Part shown: in pieces, positions 1-9,850 of the stretch | Layout of the letters: each line of letters opens with the position of its first letter | How positions within the stretch are numbered: the stretch's first letter is position 1 | DNA from: an uncultured Gemmatimonadaceae bacterium | GTDB taxonomy: Bacteria; Gemmatimonadota; Gemmatimonadetes; Gemmatimonadales; Gemmatimonadaceae | Length of the DNA: 64,000 bases | Direction: 5' to 3' | NCBI GenBank assembly: GCA_963740355.1 | Contig: CAVUDW010000002.1 | Coordinates: 1,152,001 to 1,216,000 of the forward strand | Translations under genes and position numbers: made by a program | The notes under the pieces: generated by a model | Seen by the model: the letters and a program-made list of their open reading frames with translations, nothing else | Told to the model about the DNA's origin: nothing | Database searches by the model: none

Positions 1-240
1 GAAATACAGGAAGGCCTTGCCCCCGACCTTTCCCACTTTCTTCAGGTCGACCATGTTGGCAATGCCCAGCACGATCGTGAGGAAGATGATCGGCCCGATG
101 ACCATCTTGACTAGCTTCACGAAGGTGTCGCCGAGCGGACGCATCGCCTTGCCGAGATCTGGCGCAAGGGCACCGAGCAGGACGCCAAGCGCGATGGCGA
201 AGAGCACCTGTGCGGTGAGGTTCGAGGCAAGGCGCTTCAT
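1..240 (-). CDS. dctA: Dicarboxylate/amino acid:cation symporter (DctA-like), N-terminal part; runs off the window edge
   Basis: Manual translation from ATG at 240: [23 protein letters not shown]...[46 protein letters not shown], typical of the DAACS family. Not in the ORF track. Confidence 0.85.
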   Translation of the reverse strand, partial: MKRLASNLTAQVLFAIALGVLLGALAPDLGKAMRPLGDTFVKLVKMVIGPIIFLTIVLGIANMVDLKKVGKVGGKAFLYF

Positions 241-308
241 GCGGGACGGACTTGGGGAGCGAGCGATGACCGGGGCGGAATGGACTGGCGCGAATATAAG
301 GATGATCC

Positions 309-1103
309 GTGGTCGCTGACCTGCGGCAGCTGATTGGCGTGGTGGCGGCGTCGGTGCTTGGTGGCGCGGCGAATTCCGTCGCCGGTGGTGGCACGTTGCT
401 CACGTTCCCGGCGCTGGTGGGCCTTGGCGTGCCACCTGTGGCAGCGAATGCGACATCCACCGTCGCACTCTGGCCCGGTGGCCTGAGCTCGATGCTTGGG
501 TATCGCGACGCGCTGCGCGGCGCGCGCACGTGGGCGCGGACGCTGGTGATCCCGAGCCTGCTGGGAGGCCTGCTGGGCGCGTGGCTGCTCACACGCACCT
601 CCGATGCGCAGTTCAAGGCACTCGTCCCATGGCTGGTGCTTGGCGCGACGCTGCTGTTCCTGTCGCAGAAACGGCTTGGTGCGTGGTTGCGCGGTCGTGT
701 CGGTGCGGCCACACACGTGGAGAAGCTCGATAGCGACATGCCGCCGCCGCCGGGACGCTGGGCGGTGCTGGTGCAGTTCCTGGTGGCGGTCTATGGCGGC
801 TACTTCGGCGCTGGCGCAGGCATCGTCATGTTGGCAGCGTTTGGGCTGCTTGGGCTCACCAACGTCCACCAGATGAACGGCTTGAAGAACTTCCTCGCGC
901 TGATCTTCAACTTCGTGGCGATCCTGACCTTCGCGTTGTCGGGCCTCGTGCAATGGCCGATCGCGGTGGTGATGGCCATCGGTTCAGCTGTCGGTGGGCA
1001 CTACGCCGCTCGATTTGCACAGCGCACCAACCAGGACGTGATGCGTCAGCTGATCGGTGCGATCGGGATTGCGAGCGCAATCTGGCTTTTCCTGTCACGC
1101 TGA
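309..1103 (+). CDS. Sulfite exporter TauE/SafE family membrane protein
   Basis: [31 protein letters not shown] and NGLKN motifs; multiple TM segments. Confidence 0.85.
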   Translation: MVADLRQLIGVVAASVLGGAANSVAGGGTLLTFPALVGLGVPPVAANATSTVALWPGGLSSMLGYRDALRGARTWARTLVIPSLLGGLLGAWLLTRTSDAQFKALVPWLVLGATLLFLSQKRLGAWLRGRVGAATHVEKLDSDMPPPPGRWAVLVQFLVAVYGGYFGAGAGIVMLAAFGLLGLTNVHQMNGLKNFLALIFNFVAILTFALSGLVQWPIAVVMAIGSAVGGHYAARFAQRTNQDVMRQLIGAIGIASAIWLFLSR

Positions 1104-1150
1104 CTGCGTCGTCGGACAGCGTCAGCGAGCGTCAGCGAGCGTCACACGTC

Positions 1151-2023
1151 TCAGAAGCTCGACTGCGGGAGATGACCCGTTTGTGCGAACGTCATCACGG
1201 CAGCCCAGAACGATCCGTCGGGGCGCACATGCCCATCCTCATGTTTGTAGCCGTGCACGCGAACGAACGCCTTGGGCTCGTTCGCCGCACTGAAGATCCG
1301 GCGGGGCATGCTGATCGGGAAAATCTGGTCTTCATCACTGTGGACGATCAGCAGCGGGACGTGCACGGCACCGATGCTCTCGACGGTATTCCAGAGATCA
1401 GGCAGGATGGGAGCGGCCCAGCCGGGGATCGTGCCGAAGGCAACCGCCGCCTCACGCGCCGACGAATAACTCGCCACCAGGGCCAGTCCTTGCGGCTCCG
1501 GCACCAGCGCGGGGAACTCGCCCACGACGAAGCCGGAGCCGAGCGAGTAGGCCAGCGCGATGCGTCGTTGTGCGTAGGGAAACTGGATGGCCGCGTCACG
1601 CCAGGCCTGCTTCACATCCTCGGCGATCACCTCCGCCTTGCGCTCGCCGCCGCTGTTGCCGAACCCGGAGTAGTCGAACACGTAGCTCGAGATCCCCGCC
1701 TTGTAGAGCAGCGCCTGCACGTCGGCCCAATACGACACCGACTCGGCCGAGCCGTGGAAGATCACGACGACCGGCGCACGGTCACTGATCTTCGTCACGA
1801 CACCGTCGAGGTGATACGACCCACGCGGTATCACGACACGATTGAACGGCACGCCGTAGGTGGCCGGCGTCTCGGGACCGACGGGTCGCGAGATTAGTCC
1901 GTTTTTCTCCACCATGCGAAAGGCCAACTGCCGGGCGGTCACCGGCAGGACCACGAAGAGCAGGAGCGGGACAATCAGCCATCGCCACCGGACGGCGCCT
2001 TCGGGGCGCTCCCGGACACTCAT
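1151..2023 (-). CDS. Alpha/beta hydrolase with N-terminal membrane anchor
   Basis: FHG, FDYSGFG, AYSLG nucleophile elbow, HSDED and C-terminal His; start placed at ATG 2023 just before the hydrophobic segment. Confidence 0.8.
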   Translation of the reverse strand: MSVRERPEGAVRWRWLIVPLLLFVVLPVTARQLAFRMVEKNGLISRPVGPETPATYGVPFNRVVIPRGSYHLDGVVTKISDRAPVVVIFHGSAESVSYWADVQALLYKAGISSYVFDYSGFGNSGGERKAEVIAEDVKQAWRDAAIQFPYAQRRIALAYSLGSGFVVGEFPALVPEPQGLALVASYSSAREAAVAFGTIPGWAAPILPDLWNTVESIGAVHVPLLIVHSDEDQIFPISMPRRIFSAANEPKAFVRVHGYKHEDGHVRPDGSFWAAVMTFAQTGHLPQSSF

Positions 2024-2241
2024 GGGCACCGTCCATAACACGATCCGGCGATCGGCAGGGTGCCGAGCACACAGTTGCAGATCGACTTGAGCGGGCTCAG
2101 CGAGAAAGCGGGCATCGCGTAGAGTGAGAAGCGAACGGCGGCTCAGGGTGGTGATGCGCCGGACAGATCGAATCTGTGGCGGAGTCGACGGTGAAAACAA
2201 CTAGTTCGGGTAACGGAGTGCGAATCGACCTGCGAAGTCGC

Positions 2242-2270
2242 TTGAGTGCACGCTGCAGCCCGGATAACCT
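2242..2270 (+). promoter_or_regulatory. Candidate sigma70-type promoter for gnd-zwf-pgl
   Basis: TTGAGT-17 nt-TAACCT, ending 63 nt before the gnd ATG. Confidence 0.45.
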
Positions 2271-2333
2271 GACGTATCGGTAGATCCGAGCGAAAAGCAG
2301 CACCAACTCTCCAAAACAGGCAGACAGGCTTCG

Positions 2334-3248
2334 ATGCAGCTCGGCATGATCGGATTGGGACGGATGGGCGCGAACATGACCACCCGGTTGCTCCGGGGCG
2401 GTCACACGGTGGCCGTCTTCGACCAGAATCCGCAGGCGGTGGCGACTGCCGCGGCTGACGGCGCGTCGAGCGCGACATCGCTGGCGGACCTGGTTGGCCA
2501 GCTGACGGCGCCGCGGGCGGTCTGGGTGATGGTTCCCTCCGGCGAGCCGACGGAGGCGACGGTGACGGCGCTGGCAGCCCTGCTGTCGGCCGGCGACACG
2601 ATCATCGATGGCGGCAACAGCAACTACAAGGACAGCATGCGACGCGGTGCGGCGCTGGCGGCGCAAGGCATCGCGTTCATCGACGCCGGCACCAGCGGCG
2701 GAGTGTGGGGACTGAAGGAGGGCTATGCCCTGATGATTGGCGGCGACGCCGACGCGGTGGAGCGCTTGCGCCCGATCTTCTCGACGCTGGCGCCGGCGGT
2801 CGATCGCGGCTGGGCACGGGTTGGCCCCAGTGGTGCCGGTCATTTCACGAAGATGGTGCACAACGGCATCGAATACGGGATGATGCAAGCCTATGCAGAG
2901 GGCTTCTCGATCCTTCAGCACAAGACGGAGATGCAGCTCGATCTGGCCCAGGTGGCCGAACTCTGGCGCCATGGCAGCGTGGTGCGCTCCTGGCTGCTCG
3001 ACCTGACCGCGCTTGCGCTGGCCGACAACCCGACGATGAAGGGCATCGCCCCGTATGTCTCCGACTCGGGTGAAGGTCGATGGACGGTGGCAGAAGCGAT
3101 CGACCTCGATGTGCCAGCGCCAGTGATCACCCTTTCGCTGCTGCAACGGCTTCGCTCACGCGACACCGACTCGTACGCCGACAAGTTGCTCTCGGCGATG
3201 CGCAATCAGTTCGGCGGGCACGCCATCAAGACGGAACCCACCACGTGA
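2334..3248 (+). CDS. gnd: 6-phosphogluconate dehydrogenase, decarboxylating (short type)
   Basis: GLGRMG, IIDGGNS, DAGTSGG, KMVHNGIEYG, SDSGEGRW, AMRNQFGGH. Confidence 0.95.
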   Translation: MQLGMIGLGRMGANMTTRLLRGGHTVAVFDQNPQAVATAAADGASSATSLADLVGQLTAPRAVWVMVPSGEPTEATVTALAALLSAGDTIIDGGNSNYKDSMRRGAALAAQGIAFIDAGTSGGVWGLKEGYALMIGGDADAVERLRPIFSTLAPAVDRGWARVGPSGAGHFTKMVHNGIEYGMMQAYAEGFSILQHKTEMQLDLAQVAELWRHGSVVRSWLLDLTALALADNPTMKGIAPYVSDSGEGRWTVAEAIDLDVPAPVITLSLLQRLRSRDTDSYADKLLSAMRNQFGGHAIKTEPTT

Positions 3249-4678
3249 GCAACGGCACACCCGGGTTGTCGCTGTTTGTCATCTTCGGTGCATCGGGCGA
3301 CCTCTCACGGCGAAAGATCCTCCCCGCGCTGTACCAGTTGTACGCCAATGACAGCACCAAGGCCGGCTGCGTGATTCTCGGCTTGTCGCGCAAGCCGGAT
3401 TTCGACGACTCCGGCTTTCGTGCGATCGGCGCGTCGGCGATCGGGGACAAGATTGCACCACCGGCCGATGTCGAGGCGTGGACGGCGAAGTTCTTCCACG
3501 GGCAGTCGATCGGCGAAGGCACCCCCGCCGACTATCTCGCGCTGCGCGACCGCATTGCAGCGCTGGAGCAGGAATTCGGCGCGATGACGGTGCGCGTGTT
3601 CTACGTCGCGCTGCCGCCGGAGAGTTTCCCCGCGGCGATCACTGGCCTCGGTGAGGCGGGGCTGGCAGAGCCGCAGGAGAGCACGCGGCTCGTGATCGAG
3701 AAGCCGTTCGGGCACGATCTCGCGTCGTCGCGGGCGCTGAGTGGCATCGTGCACAAGTACTTCGTCGAAGACCAGGTCTACCGCATCGATCACTATCTCG
3801 GCAAGGAGACGGTGCAGAACATGATGGTGTTCCGGTTCGCGAATGCGATGTTCGAGAACCTCTGGAACCGGAATCACATCGAGAGCGTGCAGATCACGGT
3901 GTCGGAGGACCTCGGCGTGGAAGGGCGCGCCGAGTACTACGAAAATGCTGGTGCGTTGCGGGACATGGTGCAGAGCCACCTGACGCAGTTGCTGGCGTTG
4001 GTGGCGATGGAAGTCCCGGGCTCGATGGATGCCAGCGCGATTCGCGCCGAGAAGATCAAGGCGCTGCGCGCGATCGCACCAGTCACACCATCCGATGCAG
4101 TGCTCGGCCAGTACTATGGTGGGCAGATCGATGGCAAGGATGTCATCGGTTATCGCGAGGAGCCCGGTGTGGCGGTGAATTCGCGCACGGAGACGTTCGC
4201 GGCGATTCGGCTGCACATCGAAAACTGGCGCTGGCAGGGCGTGCCGTTCTTCCTGCGTACGGGCAAGCGACTGGGCAAGCGGGTGACGGAGATCGAGGTG
4301 AAGTTCCGTCGGGCACCGGTGTGGATGTTCCGCGCCATGCACCAGGAAGAACTGCATCGCAACACGCTGGTGCTGACGCTGCAGCCGAACGAAGGGTTCA
4401 GCCTCTACTTCGATGTGAAGGCGCCCGGCGAGCCGTTCCGCGTGCAACGGCTGCCGCTGCATTTCGACTATGCCGAGGCCTTCAAGGAAATTCCGGAGGC
4501 GTACCAGACGTTATTGCTCGACGTGCTGCGCGGCGACCAGACGCTCTTCGTGCACGCGGAGGAGGTGGAAGTGGCATGGACGCTGTTCACACCCCTGCTC
4601 GACGGTGCGGTGGGCGTGCTGCCATACCCGGCTGGGAGCGACGGACCACTCGAAGCAGGATCGCTGTCATCACGATGA
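3245..4678 (+). CDS. zwf: Glucose-6-phosphate 1-dehydrogenase
   Basis: GASGDL, EKPFG, RIDHYLGKE, WQGVPFFLRTGK; GTG start overlaps gnd stop (GTGA). Confidence 0.95.
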   Translation: MSNGTPGLSLFVIFGASGDLSRRKILPALYQLYANDSTKAGCVILGLSRKPDFDDSGFRAIGASAIGDKIAPPADVEAWTAKFFHGQSIGEGTPADYLALRDRIAALEQEFGAMTVRVFYVALPPESFPAAITGLGEAGLAEPQESTRLVIEKPFGHDLASSRALSGIVHKYFVEDQVYRIDHYLGKETVQNMMVFRFANAMFENLWNRNHIESVQITVSEDLGVEGRAEYYENAGALRDMVQSHLTQLLALVAMEVPGSMDASAIRAEKIKALRAIAPVTPSDAVLGQYYGGQIDGKDVIGYREEPGVAVNSRTETFAAIRLHIENWRWQGVPFFLRTGKRLGKRVTEIEVKFRRAPVWMFRAMHQEELHRNTLVLTLQPNEGFSLYFDVKAPGEPFRVQRLPLHFDYAEAFKEIPEAYQTLLLDVLRGDQTLFVHAEEVEVAWTLFTPLLDGAVGVLPYPAGSDGPLEAGSLSSR

Positions 4679-5376
4679 AAGGAGCGCCACGCGAGGTTCT
4701 CGAATTCGAGGTGGTGTCGTACGCCGAGCAGACGGCCACGATGCTGGAATGGGTGATTCGTGATGCGGTGCTGGCACGCGGTGTGTGTCGCGCTGTGCTG
4801 GCGGGTGGGCGCACGCCGGCCGCCGTGTATCGCACCCTCGCCAAGCGTCCCGACATCCCGTGGGGCAACGTGGAGGTGTACATCGGCGATGAGCGGTGCG
4901 TTCCGCCGACGCATGCCGACAGCAACTACCGCATGATCGCCGAGACGTTGCTCGATCAGGTGGCAATTCCTGAGGCGCAGGTGCATCGCTTGCGCGGAGA
5001 GCTTGGTGCTGTGCAGGCGGCAGCGGAATACGAGGCGCTGATCGATCCGCTGCCGATGCCGAAGTTCGACCTCGTGCTGACGGGGGTGGGCGCGGATGGC
5101 CACACGGCGTCGCTCTTCCCTGGTGACTCACGCGTGAGCTCGTCGACCGCGTGGGCGATGGACGCGGTGGCACCTGCGGAGTTTGCGGTGGCAGAGCGCG
5201 TGGGCCTGACACTGCGCGCACTGTGTGCGTCGCGCGTGCTGGTGGTGTTGTGCACCGGGGCAGACAAGCGTGCCATTCGCACGGCGATCCTGGACGGAAC
5301 ACCGCACGGCCGCGCGCTGCCGGCCGCGCTGGTGTCCGGTCTCGAGCGGACGGTGTGGGTGGTCGATCCCGCCTGA
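4675..5376 (+). CDS. pgl: 6-phosphogluconolactonase
   Basis: LAGGRTP, GDERCVP...SNY, GVGADGHTASLFP; ATGA overlap with zwf. Confidence 0.92.
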   Translation: MKGAPREVLEFEVVSYAEQTATMLEWVIRDAVLARGVCRAVLAGGRTPAAVYRTLAKRPDIPWGNVEVYIGDERCVPPTHADSNYRMIAETLLDQVAIPEAQVHRLRGELGAVQAAAEYEALIDPLPMPKFDLVLTGVGADGHTASLFPGDSRVSSSTAWAMDAVAPAEFAVAERVGLTLRALCASRVLVVLCTGADKRAIRTAILDGTPHGRALPAALVSGLERTVWVVDPA

Positions 5377-5389
5377 GGTTCCGTTCGCG

Positions 5390-6400
5390 CTATTCGTCGA
5401 TTGCGAGCAGCGCGAAGGTCGCCAGCCAGTGTTCGCCCATGTAGTCACCAGCCACGTGGGCGAGGCTGGCGTCGAGATGACGAGCGGCGGCGTCGAGTGC
5501 GAGGCGCAGGCGCGGATCATCGACGGTCATCGTGCTCGCCAGATGGCGCCAGCACCAGGCGCGACTGAGGTTCAGCCCATCGAGATGCGCAATCTTGCCG
5601 TCAGTGCGATCGCTGACCGTGGCCGGCGTGAAGAGCGTGGCCGGCGCCGCATGGCTGATGTCGGGAAGAAACTGCGAGAGCCATGATGCGAACACCGCTG
5701 GCGGCAACACGCGACGCATGCACTCCGCTTCCATCAGCGCCGAGGAGAGAAATTCGTCGCTGCCGGGTTCCCACGCCTGACAGCGGGCATCGGTGCCGTA
5801 CCAGCGGCCGGCCGCGTCACGCAGCGCGGCGACGAGGGTCGATTCCCCTGCTGCTTCCGCGTACGTCAGGCTGAGCGCAATCGCGAAGGCCGTGTTGAAG
5901 TGCGTCCCGACCCGAATGGGGTAGGTGCATTTCGGCAGGAACGCCAACCATCGTGCCGTGAAGGTGTCGGCAAGTGGTTGCAGGGCCTGCGACCAGCGAC
6001 GTCCATCGTCCGAGTCGTGGAGGCGGAGTTCAGCCGCGAGCATGTGTGCCCACGCCCAGCCGTACGGTCGCTCGAACGTCGTGCGATGTGCGGGCGCGAG
6101 ATATGCCACTTCTCCAGCCACATTCTCCGCTGTGAAGTGTGTGTCGAACAGCGTGCGGATCGTCGCTGCCTCGGGAATGGCCGGCATGCGGCGCAGCAGG
6201 CGCGCGAGCAGCCAGTAGCCGTGCACACACGAATGCCAGTCATAGCTGCCGTAGAAAACCGGGTGCAACGCTCGAGGGGAGCGAAGATCCTCGGGCCCGG
6301 TGAGCACGTGCTCGAGTTTGTTCGGATACTCGCGCGTGATGTGCGACAGGGCCAGCGATGCAAACTTCGAGGCGAGGGCAGGCGTGAGCGGTGTCAGCAT
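5390..6400 (-). CDS. DUF2891 family protein
   Basis: EYPNK, HPVFYGSYDWHSCVHG, FERPYGWAW, HLDGLNLSRAW, YMGEHWLATF; last gene of the pxp cluster. Confidence 0.8.
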   Translation of the reverse strand: MLTPLTPALASKFASLALSHITREYPNKLEHVLTGPEDLRSPRALHPVFYGSYDWHSCVHGYWLLARLLRRMPAIPEAATIRTLFDTHFTAENVAGEVAYLAPAHRTTFERPYGWAWAHMLAAELRLHDSDDGRRWSQALQPLADTFTARWLAFLPKCTYPIRVGTHFNTAFAIALSLTYAEAAGESTLVAALRDAAGRWYGTDARCQAWEPGSDEFLSSALMEAECMRRVLPPAVFASWLSQFLPDISHAAPATLFTPATVSDRTDGKIAHLDGLNLSRAWCWRHLASTMTVDDPRLRLALDAAARHLDASLAHVAGDYMGEHWLATFALLAIDE

Positions 6401-6406
6401 CGGGCG

Positions 6407-7363
6407 TCAGCGCGGGAAGGCAAGGAAATAGATGAGGGCCGTGTTGACGGCCAGCAGCCAGAGCGCCGTCGGTATCTGCACACGGATCACGGCGTACCGA
6501 TCGGGTAGGTCGAGCAGCGCCACAGGCACGATGTTGAAGTTCGCGGCCATCGGCGTCATGAGCGTCCCGCAGAAACCGGAAAGCATGCCAATCGCAGCGA
6601 TGATGGTCGCGTTGCCGTGCAGCCCATTCACCAGCAGCGGCAAGCCAATGCCCAGTGTCATGACCGGGAATGCGGCGAAGGCATTACCCATCAGCATCGT
6701 CAGCAAGGCCATGCCAACCGTGTATGCGAGGACCGAGAGAAATGGTGCGCCGCCAGGAATCCAACTGGCCGCCAGGGTCGCGACCACCTTGCCCACGCCA
6801 GCGGCAGCGAACACGGCACCGAGCGCCGCCAGCAGCTGCGGCAGCATCGCCGCCCACCCGACAGAATCGAGCAGCCGTCGCGCCTCGGACAGCGGAGCGC
6901 TGAGGGGCGGCCGCAACATCCACATCGCAATCGCGAGCGACAACAGCGTGGCCACGCCGAGCGACACCAGTGTCACCTGCTTTGGCTCGACGAGCTTGGC
7001 ACCGTTGATGGTGACGTAGCCGAGCGTCGCGTTCGCGAGCAGCGTGACCAGCGGAACTGCCAGCGCGGGCAGGAAGAGCTTGTTGCCCCACCGCTTCGCA
7101 CTCGCGATGCGCTCCGCGATGGTCGTGCTCTCCGCGGATGTCGATCGCACGCCGCGGAAGGTGGCGACGGCAACCATGGCGAGAATGAGGATGCCGTTCG
7201 CGAGATCGGGAAGCCAGCTCCCTGCCAGAAACGACACCGTCCACAGCCCCCAGAAGGCCGCGTTCCAGATGCGGTTGGGATTGGCCGCGTCACGAAGGTT
7301 GATCACCGCCGCGGCACCCGTCAGGATGCCCATCAGGCGGTAGAGGAATTCGAGCGTGATCAT
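6407..7363 (-). CDS. DUF979 membrane protein (5-oxoproline transporter subunit)
   Basis: LPQLLAALG, MGNAFAAFPV, GTLMTPMAANFNIVP; context next to DUF969 and pxp genes. Confidence 0.85.
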   Translation of the reverse strand: MITLEFLYRLMGILTGAAAVINLRDAANPNRIWNAAFWGLWTVSFLAGSWLPDLANGILILAMVAVATFRGVRSTSAESTTIAERIASAKRWGNKLFLPALAVPLVTLLANATLGYVTINGAKLVEPKQVTLVSLGVATLLSLAIAMWMLRPPLSAPLSEARRLLDSVGWAAMLPQLLAALGAVFAAAGVGKVVATLAASWIPGGAPFLSVLAYTVGMALLTMLMGNAFAAFPVMTLGIGLPLLVNGLHGNATIIAAIGMLSGFCGTLMTPMAANFNIVPVALLDLPDRYAVIRVQIPTALWLLAVNTALIYFLAFPR

Positions 7364-8037
7364 GCGCTTGCCTTCGCTCGGCGCGCCTTCAGGCCTCGAT
7401 CGAGCAGCATCAGCCGGATGCCGTGGATCACGAAGGCGGCAATCGCTGTTGGGATGGCCCAGACGGCGAGCTCGGTTGGCAGGACGCGAATGCCAGCCTG
7501 CTCGAGCACCCCCTTGATGAGCAGGATCGAGCCGATTGCGATGAAGATGTCCTCGCCGAAGAAGACGCCGATGTTGTCGACCGCGGCGGCGTTGGCGCGA
7601 ATCACCTGCCGCGTGGCGTCATCGAGGTCGGGGACATCGCGATCGGCGGCTGCCTCTGCCATCGGCGCGATCAACGGGCGCACCATCTGCGGGTGCCCAC
7701 CGAGCGACACCAGACCGAGCGCCGCGGTGGCTTGCCGAAGCGCGAGGTATGCCAGCAGCACACGTCCAGTCGTTGCACCCTGCATGCGCATCACGACGTC
7801 GCGGGCGCGCTCCTTCAGTCCTGAACGCTCAAGCAGCCCGATCACTGGCAAGACGAGCCACACGATGGCGACGTAGCGACTTTCGGTGAAGGCGTGCCCG
7901 AGCGTCGTGAGTGTGGTCACGAACCCAAGGCCGCCCGCGAGCCCGGTGACGATGCCGGCGCAGGTGACGACCAGCAACGGATTGAGGCGGAACGCAAAAC
8001 CCAGCACAACAACGAGCAGCCCACTGAGGACGAGCAT
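7360..8037 (-). CDS. DUF969 membrane protein (5-oxoproline transporter subunit)
   Basis: LNPLLVV, LERSGL, LGGHPQMVRPLIAPM, DNIGVFFGED. Confidence 0.85.
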   Translation of the reverse strand: MLVLSGLLVVVLGFAFRLNPLLVVTCAGIVTGLAGGLGFVTTLTTLGHAFTESRYVAIVWLVLPVIGLLERSGLKERARDVVMRMQGATTGRVLLAYLALRQATAALGLVSLGGHPQMVRPLIAPMAEAAADRDVPDLDDATRQVIRANAAAVDNIGVFFGEDIFIAIGSILLIKGVLEQAGIRVLPTELAVWAIPTAIAAFVIHGIRLMLLDRGLKARRAKASA

Positions 8038-8085
8038 CGGCGGTGGTCGAGAGGGACGGTCGAAGGAAACAGTCGAAGGAAGCGG

Positions 8086-8859
8086 TCAGGCGGGCGGGGA
8101 CGCACCGAGCGGCAACACACTGACGCCCGCCACATGCAGCGCGGTGCGGATGCGCTCTGCAAACTGCGGCGCGCCCGGCGCGTCGCCATGGATGCAGATG
8201 GTCTCGGCCACAACTGCGACCTCAGTGCCATCGATGGCGCGGACGCGCTGTTCCCGCACCATGCGCACGGCGCGCTGCACTGCAACCTCGACGTCAGTGA
8301 CCATCGCGGACGGCTGGTGTCGCGGTACGAGCGTGCCATCGCCCTGGTAGTTGCGATCGGCAAATACTTCGCTCGATGTGCGCAGACCGAGTCGTGCGCC
8401 GGCGGCGATCAGCGCGCTGCCGGACAGTCCGACCAGCACCAGCGCCGCGTCGACGTCGAACACGGCGCGTGCAATGGCATCGGCGAGGTCGCGACGCACC
8501 GCAGCCATGTTGTAGAGCGCGCCGTGCGGCTTGACATGCTGCATCGACACACCGGCAGCAAAGGCCGTCGCCTGCAATGCACCGACCTGGTACACCACCA
8601 TGTCATACACTTCCTGCACCGTGACGGCGAGTTCGCGACGGCCGAACCCGACAAGGTCAGGGAGGCCGGGATGCGCCCCGACCGCCACGCGATGCGCGGC
8701 AGCCGCGTGCACGGTGGCGCGCATCACCGATGGATCACCGCCGTGAAATCCGCAGGCGATGTTGACGGACGACACATACGGCAACACGGCGGAGTCGTTG
8801 CCGATGGTCCAGGCACCGAAGCTTTCGCCCATGTCGCAATTCAGGTCAACGCGTGTCAT
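8086..8859 (-). CDS. pxpA: 5-oxoprolinase subunit A (LamB/YcsF family)
   Basis: DLNCDMGESFG, NIACGFHGGDP, HVKPHGALYN, EVFADR, ICIHGD; ATG at 8859. Confidence 0.93.
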   Translation of the reverse strand: MTRVDLNCDMGESFGAWTIGNDSAVLPYVSSVNIACGFHGGDPSVMRATVHAAAAHRVAVGAHPGLPDLVGFGRRELAVTVQEVYDMVVYQVGALQATAFAAGVSMQHVKPHGALYNMAAVRRDLADAIARAVFDVDAALVLVGLSGSALIAAGARLGLRTSSEVFADRNYQGDGTLVPRHQPSAMVTDVEVAVQRAVRMVREQRVRAIDGTEVAVVAETICIHGDAPGAPQFAERIRTALHVAGVSVLPLGASPPA

Positions 8860-9850
8860 CGGAGCCCGGTGGAAAGCGGAGGTGAATGGCGCGGCGCGCG
8901 GTTGCCAGGTCATGCTCGCGGCGCCGCAGCAGGTCGTGCGCATCATCGAGTGCGATCGGTGCGAACGAGACGTGATCACCCGGACGCAACTGCGCGAGCA
9001 GCGGCAGGTCGACGGAGATCACATCGCCGAGGCGCGGATAGCCACCGGTGGTCTGCCGATCGGCCATCAGCACGATCAACGCGCCGCCGGGCGGGAGTTG
9101 CATGGTACCGGCGGTCACGCCAGACGACAGCATTTCGCGGGGAGTCGAAAGGGAAAGCAGGTGGCCAGTGAGGCGGAATCCCATCCGGTCCGATTCCGGT
9201 GCGATGCGAAAGGTGTCACCGAGCAGCAGGGCACGCGACGCGTCCGTCATTTCCTCGAATTCAGGCCCGTGGATGAAACGCACCGTGGGTGCGGCCGCGT
9301 ACGACGGCAGCAGCGCCGGGCTGGCACTCCAGTTTGCGACGGCGCGACCGCGCTGCTCGAGGTGGCGGGCGATGCGCTCCCCGAGGGCTGTCGGCTCACC
9401 GACCGGCAGTACATCGTTGCGACGCAGCGCGCGCCCCTCCCATCCCCCAAACGCGGCCCGCAACGACGTTCCACGCCCATCGAGCACCACGCGCACGTCG
9501 AGCCCACCGGCAAAGGCAATCGTGGTGCGGCATCCGGTGTGAATCACCAACACCTGCCCGGTGTGCGCGAGGAACGGCCGCCACGCAGGAATCGGCGTCC
9601 CGTCGAGCGAGGCCGTGATGTCGCGTCCCGCGAGCGCCACCAGCGCCGCCGCATCGAACTGCAGTGCCACGCCGCCGAGCGTGCACTCGAGCGCAGCGGC
9701 GTCGTCGTCATTTCCCACCAGCAGGTTCGCTATCCGATGTGCACAGGGGTCCATCGCGCCGCCAACCGGTACGCCGATGTGCTGCCATCCCGGTCGTCCC
9801 AGGTCCTGCACGGTGGCCTGAATCCCGGGTTGACGCACCGTGATGCTCAC
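8846..9850 (-). CDS. pxpC: 5-oxoprolinase subunit C (AHS2 domain)
   Basis: TVQDLGR, GGAMD, ANLLVGN, SDRMG, DRQTTGGYP; GTG start at 9850 overlaps pxpB stop. Confidence 0.9.
   Translation of the reverse strand: MSITVRQPGIQATVQDLGRPGWQHIGVPVGGAMDPCAHRIANLLVGNDDDAAALECTLGGVALQFDAAALVALAGRDITASLDGTPIPAWRPFLAHTGQVLVIHTGCRTTIAFAGGLDVRVVLDGRGTSLRAAFGGWEGRALRRNDVLPVGEPTALGERIARHLEQRGRAVANWSASPALLPSYAAAPTVRFIHGPEFEEMTDASRALLLGDTFRIAPESDRMGFRLTGHLLSLSTPREMLSSGVTAGTMQLPPGGALIVLMADRQTTGGYPRLGDVISVDLPLLAQLRPGDHVSFAPIALDDAHDLLRRREHDLATARRAIHLRFPPGSDDTR

Noticed and set aside
1118..1144. Tandem 10-mer AGCGTCAGCG, about 2.7 copies, between convergent genes
   Set aside because: Too short and without spacers; not a CRISPR array and no evident function
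2024..2240. Long intergenic region with small hairpins as a possible ncRNA
   Set aside because: No recognisable riboswitch or RNA family signature
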